This document shows positions 1 to 7,544 of a stretch of DNA of 37,950 nt, piece after piece. Position 1 is the first letter of the stretch. Each line of letters starts with the position of its first letter. The position numbers and the translations under genes are program-made. Origin of the DNA: Candidatus Diapherotrites archaeon CG10_big_fil_rev_8_21_14_0_10_31_34 (GTDB lineage Archaea; Iainarchaeota; Iainarchaeia; Iainarchaeales; 1-14-0-10-31-34); NCBI GenBank assembly GCA_002763225.1, contig PFAI01000028.1:1-37950 (forward strand), read 5' to 3'. The notes beneath the pieces are model-generated. The model was not told the origin of the DNA. It saw nothing but the letters and a program-made list of their open reading frames with translations, and made no database searches.

Positions 1-1
1 C

Positions 2-73
2 ATAAAAGGAATAGCCTACAACATAGAGCACATAGATAAAACAATAAAAATCAGGTTAATTATAACCTGCTAA
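2..73 (+). CDS. 3' end of a gene truncated by the window edge; possibly an IS5-family DDE transposase C-terminus
   Basis: Open frame IKGIAYNIEHIDKTIKIRLIITC* ending TAA at 71-73. K-x3-YN resembles the C-terminal motif of archaeal IS5-type transposases. Only 23 codons visible. Confidence 0.4.
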   Translation: MKGIAYNIEHIDKTIKIRLIITC

Positions 74-89
74 GGATTTCTACACCGCC
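74..89 (+). mobile_element. Possible right terminal inverted repeat of an IS5-like element
   Basis: GGATTTCTACACCGCC directly follows the stop codon and resembles archaeal IS5-group ends as I recall them. The partner repeat would lie outside the window. Confidence 0.35.
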
Positions 90-96
90 TAGAAAA

Positions 97-112
97 CAGA
101 AAAGCTTAAATA
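97..112 (+). promoter_or_regulatory. BRE/TATA promoter for the 135-356 gene
   Basis: CAGAAAAGCTTAAATA about 23 nt upstream of ATG 135, consistent with a leaderless transcript. Confidence 0.55.
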
Positions 113-134
113 TCTCTTTTTACATAATCTTTTA

Positions 135-356
135 ATGGAAAAAAATACATTAATTAGTTTAGTAATTGGATTAATAGTTTTTGCAATAGTGCTTTTTATT
201 ATAGCAGACAGTGCTTTTTGCACTGATATTTCAAAAGAAGCTTGTTTTAATTCAGTTTTGTTTCATCCAGTTTCAATAATTATGGCACTTATTATAGGGC
301 TAATTGTTTTTGTAATTGCCTATTTTGTTACTAAACGATTTAACTCTTCCAAGTAA
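135..356 (+). CDS. Small membrane protein (two predicted TM helices, loop with two Cys)
   Basis: 73 aa, two hydrophobic stretches, upstream TATA box. Confidence 0.7.
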   Translation: MEKNTLISLVIGLIVFAIVLFIIADSAFCTDISKEACFNSVLFHPVSIIMALIIGLIVFVIAYFVTKRFNSSK

Positions 357-401
357 CTTGAATCTGATCAGTCCTTTGTTTTGGTAAAATTTTGCTGTCT
401 T

Positions 402-1520
402 TTATTTTAGTCCTTTTTCAGAATATAAATATGTAGTTTGACTTTTGTCAACATTAATCAAATTTTCTTTCTCTAATTGTTTTAAATAATGTGAAATTAC
501 ACGCTTTTTTTTATTTAATCTATCTGCAAAGTCTTTAGCAGTGCTTTTTTTGTTAAGTTTTTTTAATTTGTTCAAATAATATTTTTTGGCAGTATTTCTT
601 ATTACTTGCTTTTTTTTGTAAGTTAATAATATTTTCTTAAATTTGTTCTTCTTATTCTGGTGATTCAAATTAAAGCTCAATTCTTTCAATTTCTTAAACT
701 TTTGATAACTGGTAATAGTTAATTGGGTTATTTGTTTGCCTTTATTAATTGATGCTGAGATTCCAACTTTTTTGAGAAGCTTTTTCCATTCTAATAAATA
801 TTTTTCATTTTGCATTCTCACTCTTATCCTTCTGTTAAGTTTATATTGATTAATGCTTCCTTCGCAATCAACAACGACTCCAAAAACAGGCGCGATAATT
901 TCTTTTGGTGTTGTTTTTAAATACTCATTAATTTCTATTGTAAGTGAATTTGTTTTTTCTTCCAAAATTTCTCTTAAAAAAGTAGTAAAACATTTGTTGG
1001 AAGCTCTGAGTGTGCAATAAACAAAGCTATTAGAATTACTAATTTTGAACTCATTTTGAGTTATTGTCGTGTTAATGTTAATTTTTTGATCGCCATATTT
1101 TAAAGAATACTTTGAAGATTCAAAGTTACTCCAAAATGAAATCCTGTCTAATTCATTTGAAAAACCATTCCTGCCAAAATGGAATTTTTTTGTTTTATTA
1201 TTTTCATATGATTCTATTTTATTTTTTTCATTCCATTCTTTTGGAATTTTAATTCTTATGTTTAATAATTTTGATGTTTTGATTCCCTGTTCTTCTAGTA
1301 AAGATTCAAATAATTTTATTAGTTCTGGTGTTTTGCTAGTAATTGAAATGCGTCCTTTTTTGTTTCACCACCCTTCAACTTTTAAAGCTTCTACAAGCAT
1401 TGCTAGTTCTAAATAGTATTCACTGCGTTTTAATAGAAATGAATTTTTAGCATGTTTAGTTTTTACTAAAATTTTGTTTTTATCATTTGTAATTTGGAAT
1501 GTTTCATTATCAATAAGCAT
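402..1520 (-). pseudogene. Double LAGLIDADG-like domain protein with C-terminal winged HTH, interrupted by one in-frame TGA (1365-1367)
   Basis: ATG 1520 gives MLIDNE...LVEALKVEGW*NKKGRISITSKTPELIKLFESLLEEQGI..., then stays open in the same frame to TAA at 402. Second motif FGVVVDCEG. C-terminal TAKDFADRLNKKKRVISHYLKQLEKENLI. The listed 402..965 ORF is only the C-terminal half. Confidence 0.75.
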
Positions 1521-1541
1521 ACTTAAAATAGATTTCTCTTT

Positions 1542-1550
1542 TTTTTAAAT
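1542..1550 (-). promoter_or_regulatory. TATA box for the LAGLIDADG-like gene
   Basis: ATTTAAAAA on the minus strand about 22 nt upstream of ATG 1520. Confidence 0.45.
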
Positions 1551-1580
1551 GAAAACGAAACGCCAAGTTGCTGGTGATGT

Positions 1581-2561
1581 TCATGTCCAAGTAATCTGAA
1601 TTTGATCTGTACGTTCCTTTGGTCTTATCTGACTTTCTGATAGTTTTGTTGTAATTCCATTTTTGAACATTAAAAGTCCTAGCCAGCTGATTTGTGTGCC
1701 ATTATCCACGCAGACTTCTCTTGGAGGAACAAAAAATTTTGCTTTTCTTTGTTTGCACATTTCTTTCATCATTTTTCTTAATGCATTGCTTGAAGCAACT
1801 CCTCCGGTCAAAAGCAGTTCTTTTTTTCCTGTGTGCGCCATTGCCCTTTCAGAAACCTCTGTCAGCATTGAAAAAGCAGTATGCATTAAACTATACACTA
1901 AATCTTTTTCGTTTTCTTTTTTGATTTTTTGTTTTCCTGCTGTAAGCAGGCCGGAAAAAGCCAAGTCCATTCCTTTAACAGTATAAGGCAGTTCAATAAA
2001 TTTTTTTCCAGTAAAATACATTTCATCCATTTTTGGGCCGGCAGGAAATCCCAGATGTATTTCTCTTCCAAAAACATCCAAAAAATTTCCTATTCCAATA
2101 TCAATTGTTTCCCCGAAAACCCTGTATCTTCCTTGTTCTAAACCAATAATCTGTGTATTGGCGCCGGAAGCATAACAAGTAATTGGATCTTTTGCTTTTG
2201 TAAGTTTCCTGCCGATTTCAATGTGTGCAATGCAATGATTTACCCCAACCAAAGGCTTGTTATGTATAAGAGAAAGAGTTCTTGCTGTTACTGCTCCTAC
2301 TCTCAAACAATTTCCTAATCCAGGTCCTTGAGAGAACGCAACCAAATCAATTTCTTTCCATGAAACATCTGCTTTTTCAAGTGCATTCTGAATTACTTTT
2401 TTTGCATTTTTATAATGAAAGTCTGCTGCTTCTCTTGGATGAATTCCAACAGAATCTTTTTTAACATAAGAAATTTTTTCGTTTGCAAGAATTTTGCATT
2501 TTTCGTTTACTATTCCTATCCCGAAAGTATGTGCAGTTGACTCAATTCCTAAACAAATCAT
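1581..2561 (-). CDS. kae1: tRNA t6A threonylcarbamoyltransferase Kae1 (stand-alone, no Bud32 fusion)
   Basis: GIESTAHT, GPGLG, HCIAH metal motif, GETIDIGIGN, DNG. Confidence 0.97.
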   Translation of the reverse strand: MICLGIESTAHTFGIGIVNEKCKILANEKISYVKKDSVGIHPREAADFHYKNAKKVIQNALEKADVSWKEIDLVAFSQGPGLGNCLRVGAVTARTLSLIHNKPLVGVNHCIAHIEIGRKLTKAKDPITCYASGANTQIIGLEQGRYRVFGETIDIGIGNFLDVFGREIHLGFPAGPKMDEMYFTGKKFIELPYTVKGMDLAFSGLLTAGKQKIKKENEKDLVYSLMHTAFSMLTEVSERAMAHTGKKELLLTGGVASSNALRKMMKEMCKQRKAKFFVPPREVCVDNGTQISWLGLLMFKNGITTKLSESQIRPKERTDQIQITWT

Positions 2562-3172
2562 TTTTTCGCCATCTTTTTGATGAAACTTTTTCTAAAAGTT
2601 TCTATTTCTTTTAAAGTTGTTTTTCCTTTTCTCACAATCTTTTTTTCTTGAACATCATAAATCGTGCTTGGTTCATTTTCTGCAAGAGTTTTTGCATCAA
2701 AAATAAAGTCAACTTTTTTTCCAAGTATTTTGACTGCTTCTTTAAAAGAATAAATTGGTTTTTTTCCTGAAAGGTTTGCGCTGGTTGAAATTATTGGTTC
2801 GCCTATTGTTTCAACAATTGAGTTTGCAATTTCATTTGAACTAATCCTTAAAGCAATTGTTTTTTCGCTTACTTCTTTTGGAATTAATTCTGTCCCTCTT
2901 GTTTTTTTCGGTACAATCAAAGTTAAATTCCCTTTAAATTCTTCAAGCAGTTTTTCTGCTTCAGGATTTATTTCAGCAAATTTTTGGGCCATTTCTTTTG
3001 AAGAAACAAGAATTACAAATGGTTTTTTTCTGTCTTGTTTTATTTCCCTGATTCTTTTAATTGATTTAATATCACTTATTTTACAGCCTATTCCATAACT
3101 TGTTTCTGTGGGATAAACTATTACCCCGTTTTTTTTCAGCACAAATACTGCTGTTTTTATTCCAACATTCAT
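2558..3172 (-). CDS. sua5: Threonylcarbamoyl-AMP synthase, single YrdC domain (TsaC/Sua5 family)
   Basis: PTETSYGIG and STSANLSG motifs; ATGA overlap with kae1. Confidence 0.93.
   Translation of the reverse strand: MNVGIKTAVFVLKKNGVIVYPTETSYGIGCKISDIKSIKRIREIKQDRKKPFVILVSSKEMAQKFAEINPEAEKLLEEFKGNLTLIVPKKTRGTELIPKEVSEKTIALRISSNEIANSIVETIGEPIISTSANLSGKKPIYSFKEAVKILGKKVDFIFDAKTLAENEPSTIYDVQEKKIVRKGKTTLKEIETFRKSFIKKMAKK
2575..2602 (+). repeat. TTTTGAT-hairpin unit inside the sua5 3' end
   Basis: TTTTGAT GAAACTTTT tct AAAAGTTTC, perfect 9-bp stem. Confidence 0.8.
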
Positions 3173-3696
3173 TAAATCACCAGAATCAGGCTGACTGCAT
3201 TAAACGCCATGTGCCCTAAAATTACTGGAATCAAATTATTGGTTTTTTTAAAATAATAAGCTAAAAACAATCCTGCAATAAATGCTCCTATTATCTCAAT
3301 TATCGAACCATACATAAAATGGGCTAACCCAAAAATAATTGAAGAACCAAAAATGCCGATTTTTGTTACTAAAAATCCTCTGAAAAAAATTTCTTCTGCA
3401 AAAACCCTTACAACTAAATAGTATAACATTAGAAAAGGGCTTACTTCAACTATTGTTTTGACTGTTTCATTTACCTTATCTAAATCATTTACTTGAATTA
3501 AACTGCTTGCAATTGATATGGCAAACATTATTGCAATCAATCCGGCTAAAATTTGAATTGAGTTTTTTGTCAGTTCTTTTTTGTCTATTTTTTTGATTCC
3601 CAGTTCTTCAAAAGATTTTTTTATTGAATGATTTTTGAAGTAATAATAAATTAATGGAAAGAGAATCAGAATTAAATCCAGTGAAATTATTTGCAT
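3172..3696 (-). CDS. CPBP/CAAX-family intramembrane metalloprotease
   Basis: EEIFFRG, FGLAH and HMAFN motifs. ATG 3696 preferred over 3735, which overlaps rps27ae. Confidence 0.88.
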   Translation of the reverse strand: MQIISLDLILILFPLIYYYFKNHSIKKSFEELGIKKIDKKELTKNSIQILAGLIAIMFAISIASSLIQVNDLDKVNETVKTIVEVSPFLMLYYLVVRVFAEEIFFRGFLVTKIGIFGSSIIFGLAHFMYGSIIEIIGAFIAGLFLAYYFKKTNNLIPVILGHMAFNAVSLILVI

Positions 3697-3707
3697 TATT
3701 TTTTGGA

Positions 3708-3905
3708 TTATTTTTGTTCCCCTTTGTCTTTCCATTCAGTGTAAGAACAGTTTCCACAAGAATACCTGTTTTTGTGTTCAGCTAAAAATACCCCTGAACC
3801 ACATTTAGGGCAGAACTTGCTTTTTCTTTTTAGTTCTCCGCCTTTTACTTCATATTTTTCTGATTTCTTTGAATTTGGGTGTTTTTTTCTAACTTTTTTT
3901 GTCAT
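3708..3905 (-). CDS. rps27ae: 30S ribosomal protein S27ae (eS31)
   Basis: CPKCG-VFLAEH-CGNC zinc finger; GGTGA SD. Confidence 0.96.
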   Translation of the reverse strand: MTKKVRKKHPNSKKSEKYEVKGGELKRKSKFCPKCGSGVFLAEHKNRYSCGNCSYTEWKDKGEQK

Positions 3906-3921
3906 TTATTTCACCTTGTTT

Positions 3922-4006
3922 TTTTGATGCAGCTTTTTTCTAAAAAGTTGCTTTTGATTAAACTTTTCCTAAAAGTTTTTTTTGTTAAACCTTTTTTTAA
4001 AAGTTT
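3922..4006 (+). repeat. Three head-to-tail TTTTGAT-hairpin units
   Basis: 3922-3951 GCAGCTTTTT tct AAAAAGTTGC; 3952-3978 AAACTTTT cct AAAAGTTT; 3980-4006 degenerate. Confidence 0.8.
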
Positions 4007-4024
4007 TTTGCAGTGCTATCGCAG

Positions 4025-4148
4025 ACCCGCTTTCGTGCGGGTGTAACGGTGCACCACTTTCAGTGGTGCTAGCCCCGTGCAAAGCACGGTGCCTCGTACT
4101 CAACTGCTGAAACAGTTGTTTTGATTAAACTTTTTTTAAAAGTTTACT
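4025..4148. repeat. 124-bp five-hairpin cassette, copy 1
   Basis: Identical to 10665-10788 except 4077G vs 10717A. Stems ACCCGC/GCGGGT, GCACCACT/AGTGGTGC, CCGTGC/GCACGG, CAACTG/CAGTTG, TAAACTTTT/AAAAGTTTA. Confidence 0.95.
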
Positions 4149-4152
4149 CACC

Positions 4153-4515
4153 TTACTTTTTTTTCTTTTTACTTTCAAGTTTCTTTTTTTCTTTTGCTGC
4201 TTTTTTTGATTCTTTTGTTTTTTTTATTCTTTCTTTGTCTCCAGCAAAATTTCTTCCCAGAACATAATCTAATTCAACTTCTTTCATTTTTTCTTTGTCT
4301 TTGTATGTTCTTGCTTTTCCTGTGCAATACTTTTCTCCAAAATTTTGCTTTATTTCTGTTATTACTGTTGAATCAGAGTTTGATTCAGTTAAAGCTGAAA
4401 TTTTTTCTTTTAAGTCTGTTATTTTTGGTGTTGAATTAATTTCTGTTACTTTAAAGTCTATTTCTTCTCTTGAAAGTAATGGATTGCTTTTTTTGTTGGT
4501 TATTTCTACTTTCAT
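4153..4515 (-). CDS. rps24e: 30S ribosomal protein S24e
   Basis: NPLLSREEI, FG...GKARTY; synteny; Lys-rich tail. Confidence 0.95.
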   Translation of the reverse strand: MKVEITNKKSNPLLSREEIDFKVTEINSTPKITDLKEKISALTESNSDSTVITEIKQNFGEKYCTGKARTYKDKEKMKEVELDYVLGRNFAGDKERIKKTKESKKAAKEKKKLESKKKKK

Positions 4516-4536
4516 TGTGATTCCTCCGGTTTCTTT

Positions 4537-4731
4537 TTATCTGCTTAATCTTAATGCGTGTTTTCCTGTGGTTGTAATTCCCATTTTTTTTGCTATCTCT
4601 GATTTTTCCGGGTCAGTTATTACTACATAGCCTCTCCAGAAAGTAGTAAAGCTGTTGCTTCCACAGTTAGGACATTTGTCTCCTTCTTCTATTACCCTTC
4701 TGCATTCTCTGCATGCTTTTCCTTTACTCAT
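4537..4731 (-). CDS. spt4: Transcription elongation factor Spt4 (RpoE2)
   Basis: ACRECR..CPNCGS..W.G.V.ITDPEKSEIAKK. Confidence 0.96.
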   Translation of the reverse strand: MSKGKACRECRRVIEEGDKCPNCGSNSFTTFWRGYVVITDPEKSEIAKKMGITTTGKHALRLSR

Positions 4732-4751
4732 TTATTCTCCAACTCCATTTT

Positions 4752-4779
4752 TTTTGATTAAACTTTTTTTAAAAGTTTA
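4752..4779 (+). repeat. TTTTGAT-hairpin unit overlapping the rpoE1 stop codon
   Basis: TTTTGAT TAAACTTTT ttt AAAAGTTTA; encodes ...KLLKKV* on the minus strand. Confidence 0.85.
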
Positions 4780-5399
4780 TTTTTCTGGGTTTTTTTTTCA
4801 ATTTCTTTTTTTTCTACTTTTGGTGTGTTTTCTTTTCCTTTCTTTATTTTTTCTTTTCTTTTTAAGTCTATTGCAAGCCATTCCTCTTTTCCTAATCCTG
4901 GCTGTCTCATTGTTAAACCTAATTTTGAATTTGGGATATTCCCTTTTAGACTGCAGGTTACAATTCTTGCTATTACTTGGTCTTCTAAACCCAGTTTTTT
5001 GTTTGTTTCTTTTCCAATAAACCCTGGGCCTTTTGCATCATAATTAATATAATCATTCATTATCTGGCTTACATGAATTAATCCTTCTATTGGTCCTGTT
5101 CTGACAAATGCCCCGAATTCAGTTATTTCTGTTATTGTTCCTTCAACTATTTCTTTTGGTTCTGGTTTGTAAACTAATGCCTTATATTCTGATTCATAGT
5201 AGGCTGATCCGTCCCCTGGAATTACTTTTCCTTCTCCTACTTTGTCTACTTCTAATACGGCAACAATTACTCCGACACTTTCATCTACTATTCCTTCATA
5301 TTCCTCTTTTACTATTTTTAAAATTGATTCTTCCAGTTTTCCTCCAAAGTCTTTTGGCGGGACCCTTACAGTGTCTTTCATTGAAATTATTGCATACAT
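4758..5399 (-). CDS. rpoE1: RNA polymerase subunit E' (Rpo7)
   Basis: DTVRVPP, IPGDG, EFGAFV..GPIEGLIHVSQI, LTMRQPGLGK. Confidence 0.97.
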   Translation of the reverse strand: MYAIISMKDTVRVPPKDFGGKLEESILKIVKEEYEGIVDESVGVIVAVLEVDKVGEGKVIPGDGSAYYESEYKALVYKPEPKEIVEGTITEITEFGAFVRTGPIEGLIHVSQIMNDYINYDAKGPGFIGKETNKKLGLEDQVIARIVTCSLKGNIPNSKLGLTMRQPGLGKEEWLAIDLKRKEKIKKGKENTPKVEKKEIEKKTQKNKLLKKV

Positions 5400-5415
5400 T
5401 TTGTTTCCTCCTTAT

Positions 5416-5796
5416 TTATTCAACAACAATAACCTTTTTTTGTCTTACGAATGCGGTTTTAAAACCTTTCTTTTTTATTGCTCTTCTTAACTCTTTATCA
5501 TTGGTTGCTATAATAAAACCTTGTTCTGCTAATTCCTTCATTTTTTTATCTGCTTCCTGGTTTTCTCCTTTAATTATTTTGCATTTTTTTTTAATCATTA
5601 TTTCTGCTATTAAAACATTTTTTGCTTTTGTTTTGTTTTCTTTTTTTAGTTTTTCCATTTCATGTAATACTTCTGTTGGAACAAAAAATTCTGTTTTTCC
5701 CAAAAATTTTTCTATTTCCTCAAAAACATCTAGTTTTAGTTCTCCTATTGCTAAAAGCATGTTTGTATCTAACACTACTTTATTGAATTTCTCCAT
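5416..5796 (-). CDS. PIN-domain protein (Fcf1/Utp24-like)
   Basis: VVLDTNML, V..E, AD, IATNDKELR; conserved position between eif2g and rpoE1. Confidence 0.9.
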   Translation of the reverse strand: MEKFNKVVLDTNMLLAIGELKLDVFEEIEKFLGKTEFFVPTEVLHEMEKLKKENKTKAKNVLIAEIMIKKKCKIIKGENQEADKKMKELAEQGFIIATNDKELRRAIKKKGFKTAFVRQKKVIVVE

Positions 5797-6985
5797 AAGC
5801 AATTAATCTCCATCTTGTTGCATCTTTTATGCTTACTGCAATTCTTTGTCCTTTGTCTACTGAAATTGGAACTTTAAGCGTAACGTCAATTAAATCTTTT
5901 TTTAGTGAAACAATGGTTCCAATTGTTGTTGCTGTTCCGGCACTTAATACAATTATTTCTCCTTGTTTTACTTCGTTTTTTTTGTCTGTTATTTCTCTTT
6001 TAAAGTAATTTAATTTCATTTTTATTTCTGAAACAGGATCTGAAACTGTTCCTATTTTTCCCAGTACATTTCCTTTCATTTGATCGTTTTTTGTTAAATT
6101 TGGATCAATTAAAGTTTTAACTGAAATTAATCCGCCTGGAACTGCTTTTTTTATGGTTCCTCCGGCAGTGCTTAATTCAACTACTTTTATTTTTGTTTTT
6201 TTATTGTTTATTCCAGGGCTTAACTCCAGTTCATCTCCTTCTTCTATTTTTCCCTGAAGTATTGTTCCGCCTAAAACCCCTCCAACTATTTCTTTTGGTT
6301 TTGCGCCTGGTTTGTTAATGTCAAAACTTCTTGCAATAAACATTTTTACTGGTTTTTTTTCATCTACTTTTGGGGAAGGAATATTTTTTTCTATTGCTTC
6401 AATCAATAAATCCATGTTTGTTCCGAAATGTGCGGCAGTTGGAATTATTTCAACTTTTTCGTATTCAAATTCTTTCAGGAAATTTTTTATTTGCTTGTAA
6501 TTTTCTTCTGCTTTTTTTTTGTCAACTAAATCTATTTTGTTTTGTGCTACAACAATGTTTTTTATTCCGCTGATTTTTAATGCCATTAAATGTTCTTTTG
6601 TTCTTGGTTGAGGGCAGAATTCATTTGCGGCTATTACTAGTATTGCTCCATGCATTAATGCTGCTCCTGAAAGCATTGTAGTCATTAGGGTTTCGTGTCC
6701 TGGCGCATCAACAAAACTTACTTTTCTTAATTTTTTTCCTTTTTTTTCGCAGTTAGGGCACTTTTCTTTTGTAGAAAAAGCTTCTGCTCCTTTGCAGTCA
6801 GGACACTTATAAAATACTGTGTCTGCATAACCTAATCTGATTGAAATTCCTCTTTTTAGTTCTTCTGAATGAGTGTCAGTCCATTTTCCGCTTAATGCCT
6901 GGGTTATGGAAGTTTTTCCATGGTCAACATGGCCTATTAAGCCAATGTTAACTTCTGCTTGTTCTGCTTCTTTTTTCATTTTCAT
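5780..6985 (-). CDS. eif2g: Translation initiation factor aIF2 gamma subunit
   Basis: GHVDHGKT, EELKRGISIRLGY, Zn ribbon, DAPGHE, QNKID. Confidence 0.98.
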   Translation of the reverse strand: MKMKKEAEQAEVNIGLIGHVDHGKTSITQALSGKWTDTHSEELKRGISIRLGYADTVFYKCPDCKGAEAFSTKEKCPNCEKKGKKLRKVSFVDAPGHETLMTTMLSGAALMHGAILVIAANEFCPQPRTKEHLMALKISGIKNIVVAQNKIDLVDKKKAEENYKQIKNFLKEFEYEKVEIIPTAAHFGTNMDLLIEAIEKNIPSPKVDEKKPVKMFIARSFDINKPGAKPKEIVGGVLGGTILQGKIEEGDELELSPGINNKKTKIKVVELSTAGGTIKKAVPGGLISVKTLIDPNLTKNDQMKGNVLGKIGTVSDPVSEIKMKLNYFKREITDKKNEVKQGEIIVLSAGTATTIGTIVSLKKDLIDVTLKVPISVDKGQRIAVSIKDATRWRLIAYGEIQ

Positions 6986-6993
6986 CTTCTCGT

Positions 6994-7048
6994 TTTTTGC
7001 AGTACGGGCTTGTCCCGTACCTCGTATTCAACTGCCGAAACAGTTGTT
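6994..7048. repeat. Partial/variant hairpin cassette after rps6e
   Basis: GTACGGG cttgt CCCGTAC followed by CTCGTATTCAACTGCCGAAACAGTTGTT, which matches 4093-4120 with 2 differences. Confidence 0.85.
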
Positions 7049-7544
7049 AAGCTTTCTTAATTTTTCCTTTTGCTGTTTTTGCATCTCCTGCCAGTTCCAC
7101 ATTACCTACATTTTCCAGTGAATCTTTAACCAGTTTTTCTTTTGCGCTAATTTTTTCTTCTTTTTTGTCTTCTGTGATTTCTTTCCCAAATATTTCTTCT
7201 AGTTTTTTTGTTCCTTGTTTTGTTATAACCAAATTAACTTGTTCTGTTTCTTCACTAATAGTGTTTCCTCTTACACTGACTCTTTTTCTTTCTCCTTTTC
7301 GTTTTGGATGAAAGCCAATGCCACCTTTAATGAAAATTTTTTTTCTTGCGATTCCAGGAATATCTGTTCTCATTGGAAATCCTTGTTTGTCGCTGCCTCC
7401 GCTGATTTTTGCTTCATATCCTTCTAATCCAATGGAATCCAGTTTTACTTGTTCTCCTATTTTTTTGTTTAATAATAATGCTGTTGTTTCAACTTTTTTT
7501 CCAAAAGCTTTTCTGGTTTTTGGATCACTTAATACTATGTTCAT
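7047..7544 (-). CDS. rps6e: 30S ribosomal protein S6e
   Basis: ISGGSDKQGFPMR, RKRVSVRGN; C-terminal extension. Confidence 0.97.
   Translation of the reverse strand: MNIVLSDPKTRKAFGKKVETTALLLNKKIGEQVKLDSIGLEGYEAKISGGSDKQGFPMRTDIPGIARKKIFIKGGIGFHPKRKGERKRVSVRGNTISEETEQVNLVITKQGTKKLEEIFGKEITEDKKEEKISAKEKLVKDSLENVGNVELAGDAKTAKGKIKKA

Noticed and set aside
1365..1367. TGA reassignment or selenocysteine to explain the in-frame stop
   Set aside because: TGA terminates many conserved genes here (kae1, rpl7ae, rps9, rpl5). No SECIS-like stem was recognisable nearby and the position is not a redox Cys site.
3922..4006. Tandem ~28-30-bp palindromic units as a CRISPR array
   Set aside because: Units abut with no spacers, diverge from each other, occur singly elsewhere, and no cas genes are present.
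4025..4148. 124-bp cassette as a tRNA, SRP, 5S or C/D-box RNA, or as an intrinsic terminator
   Set aside because: No cloverleaf, T-loop or box motifs and no enclosing stem. On the transcribed strand the hairpins are followed by A-runs rather than U-runs and sit mid-operon.
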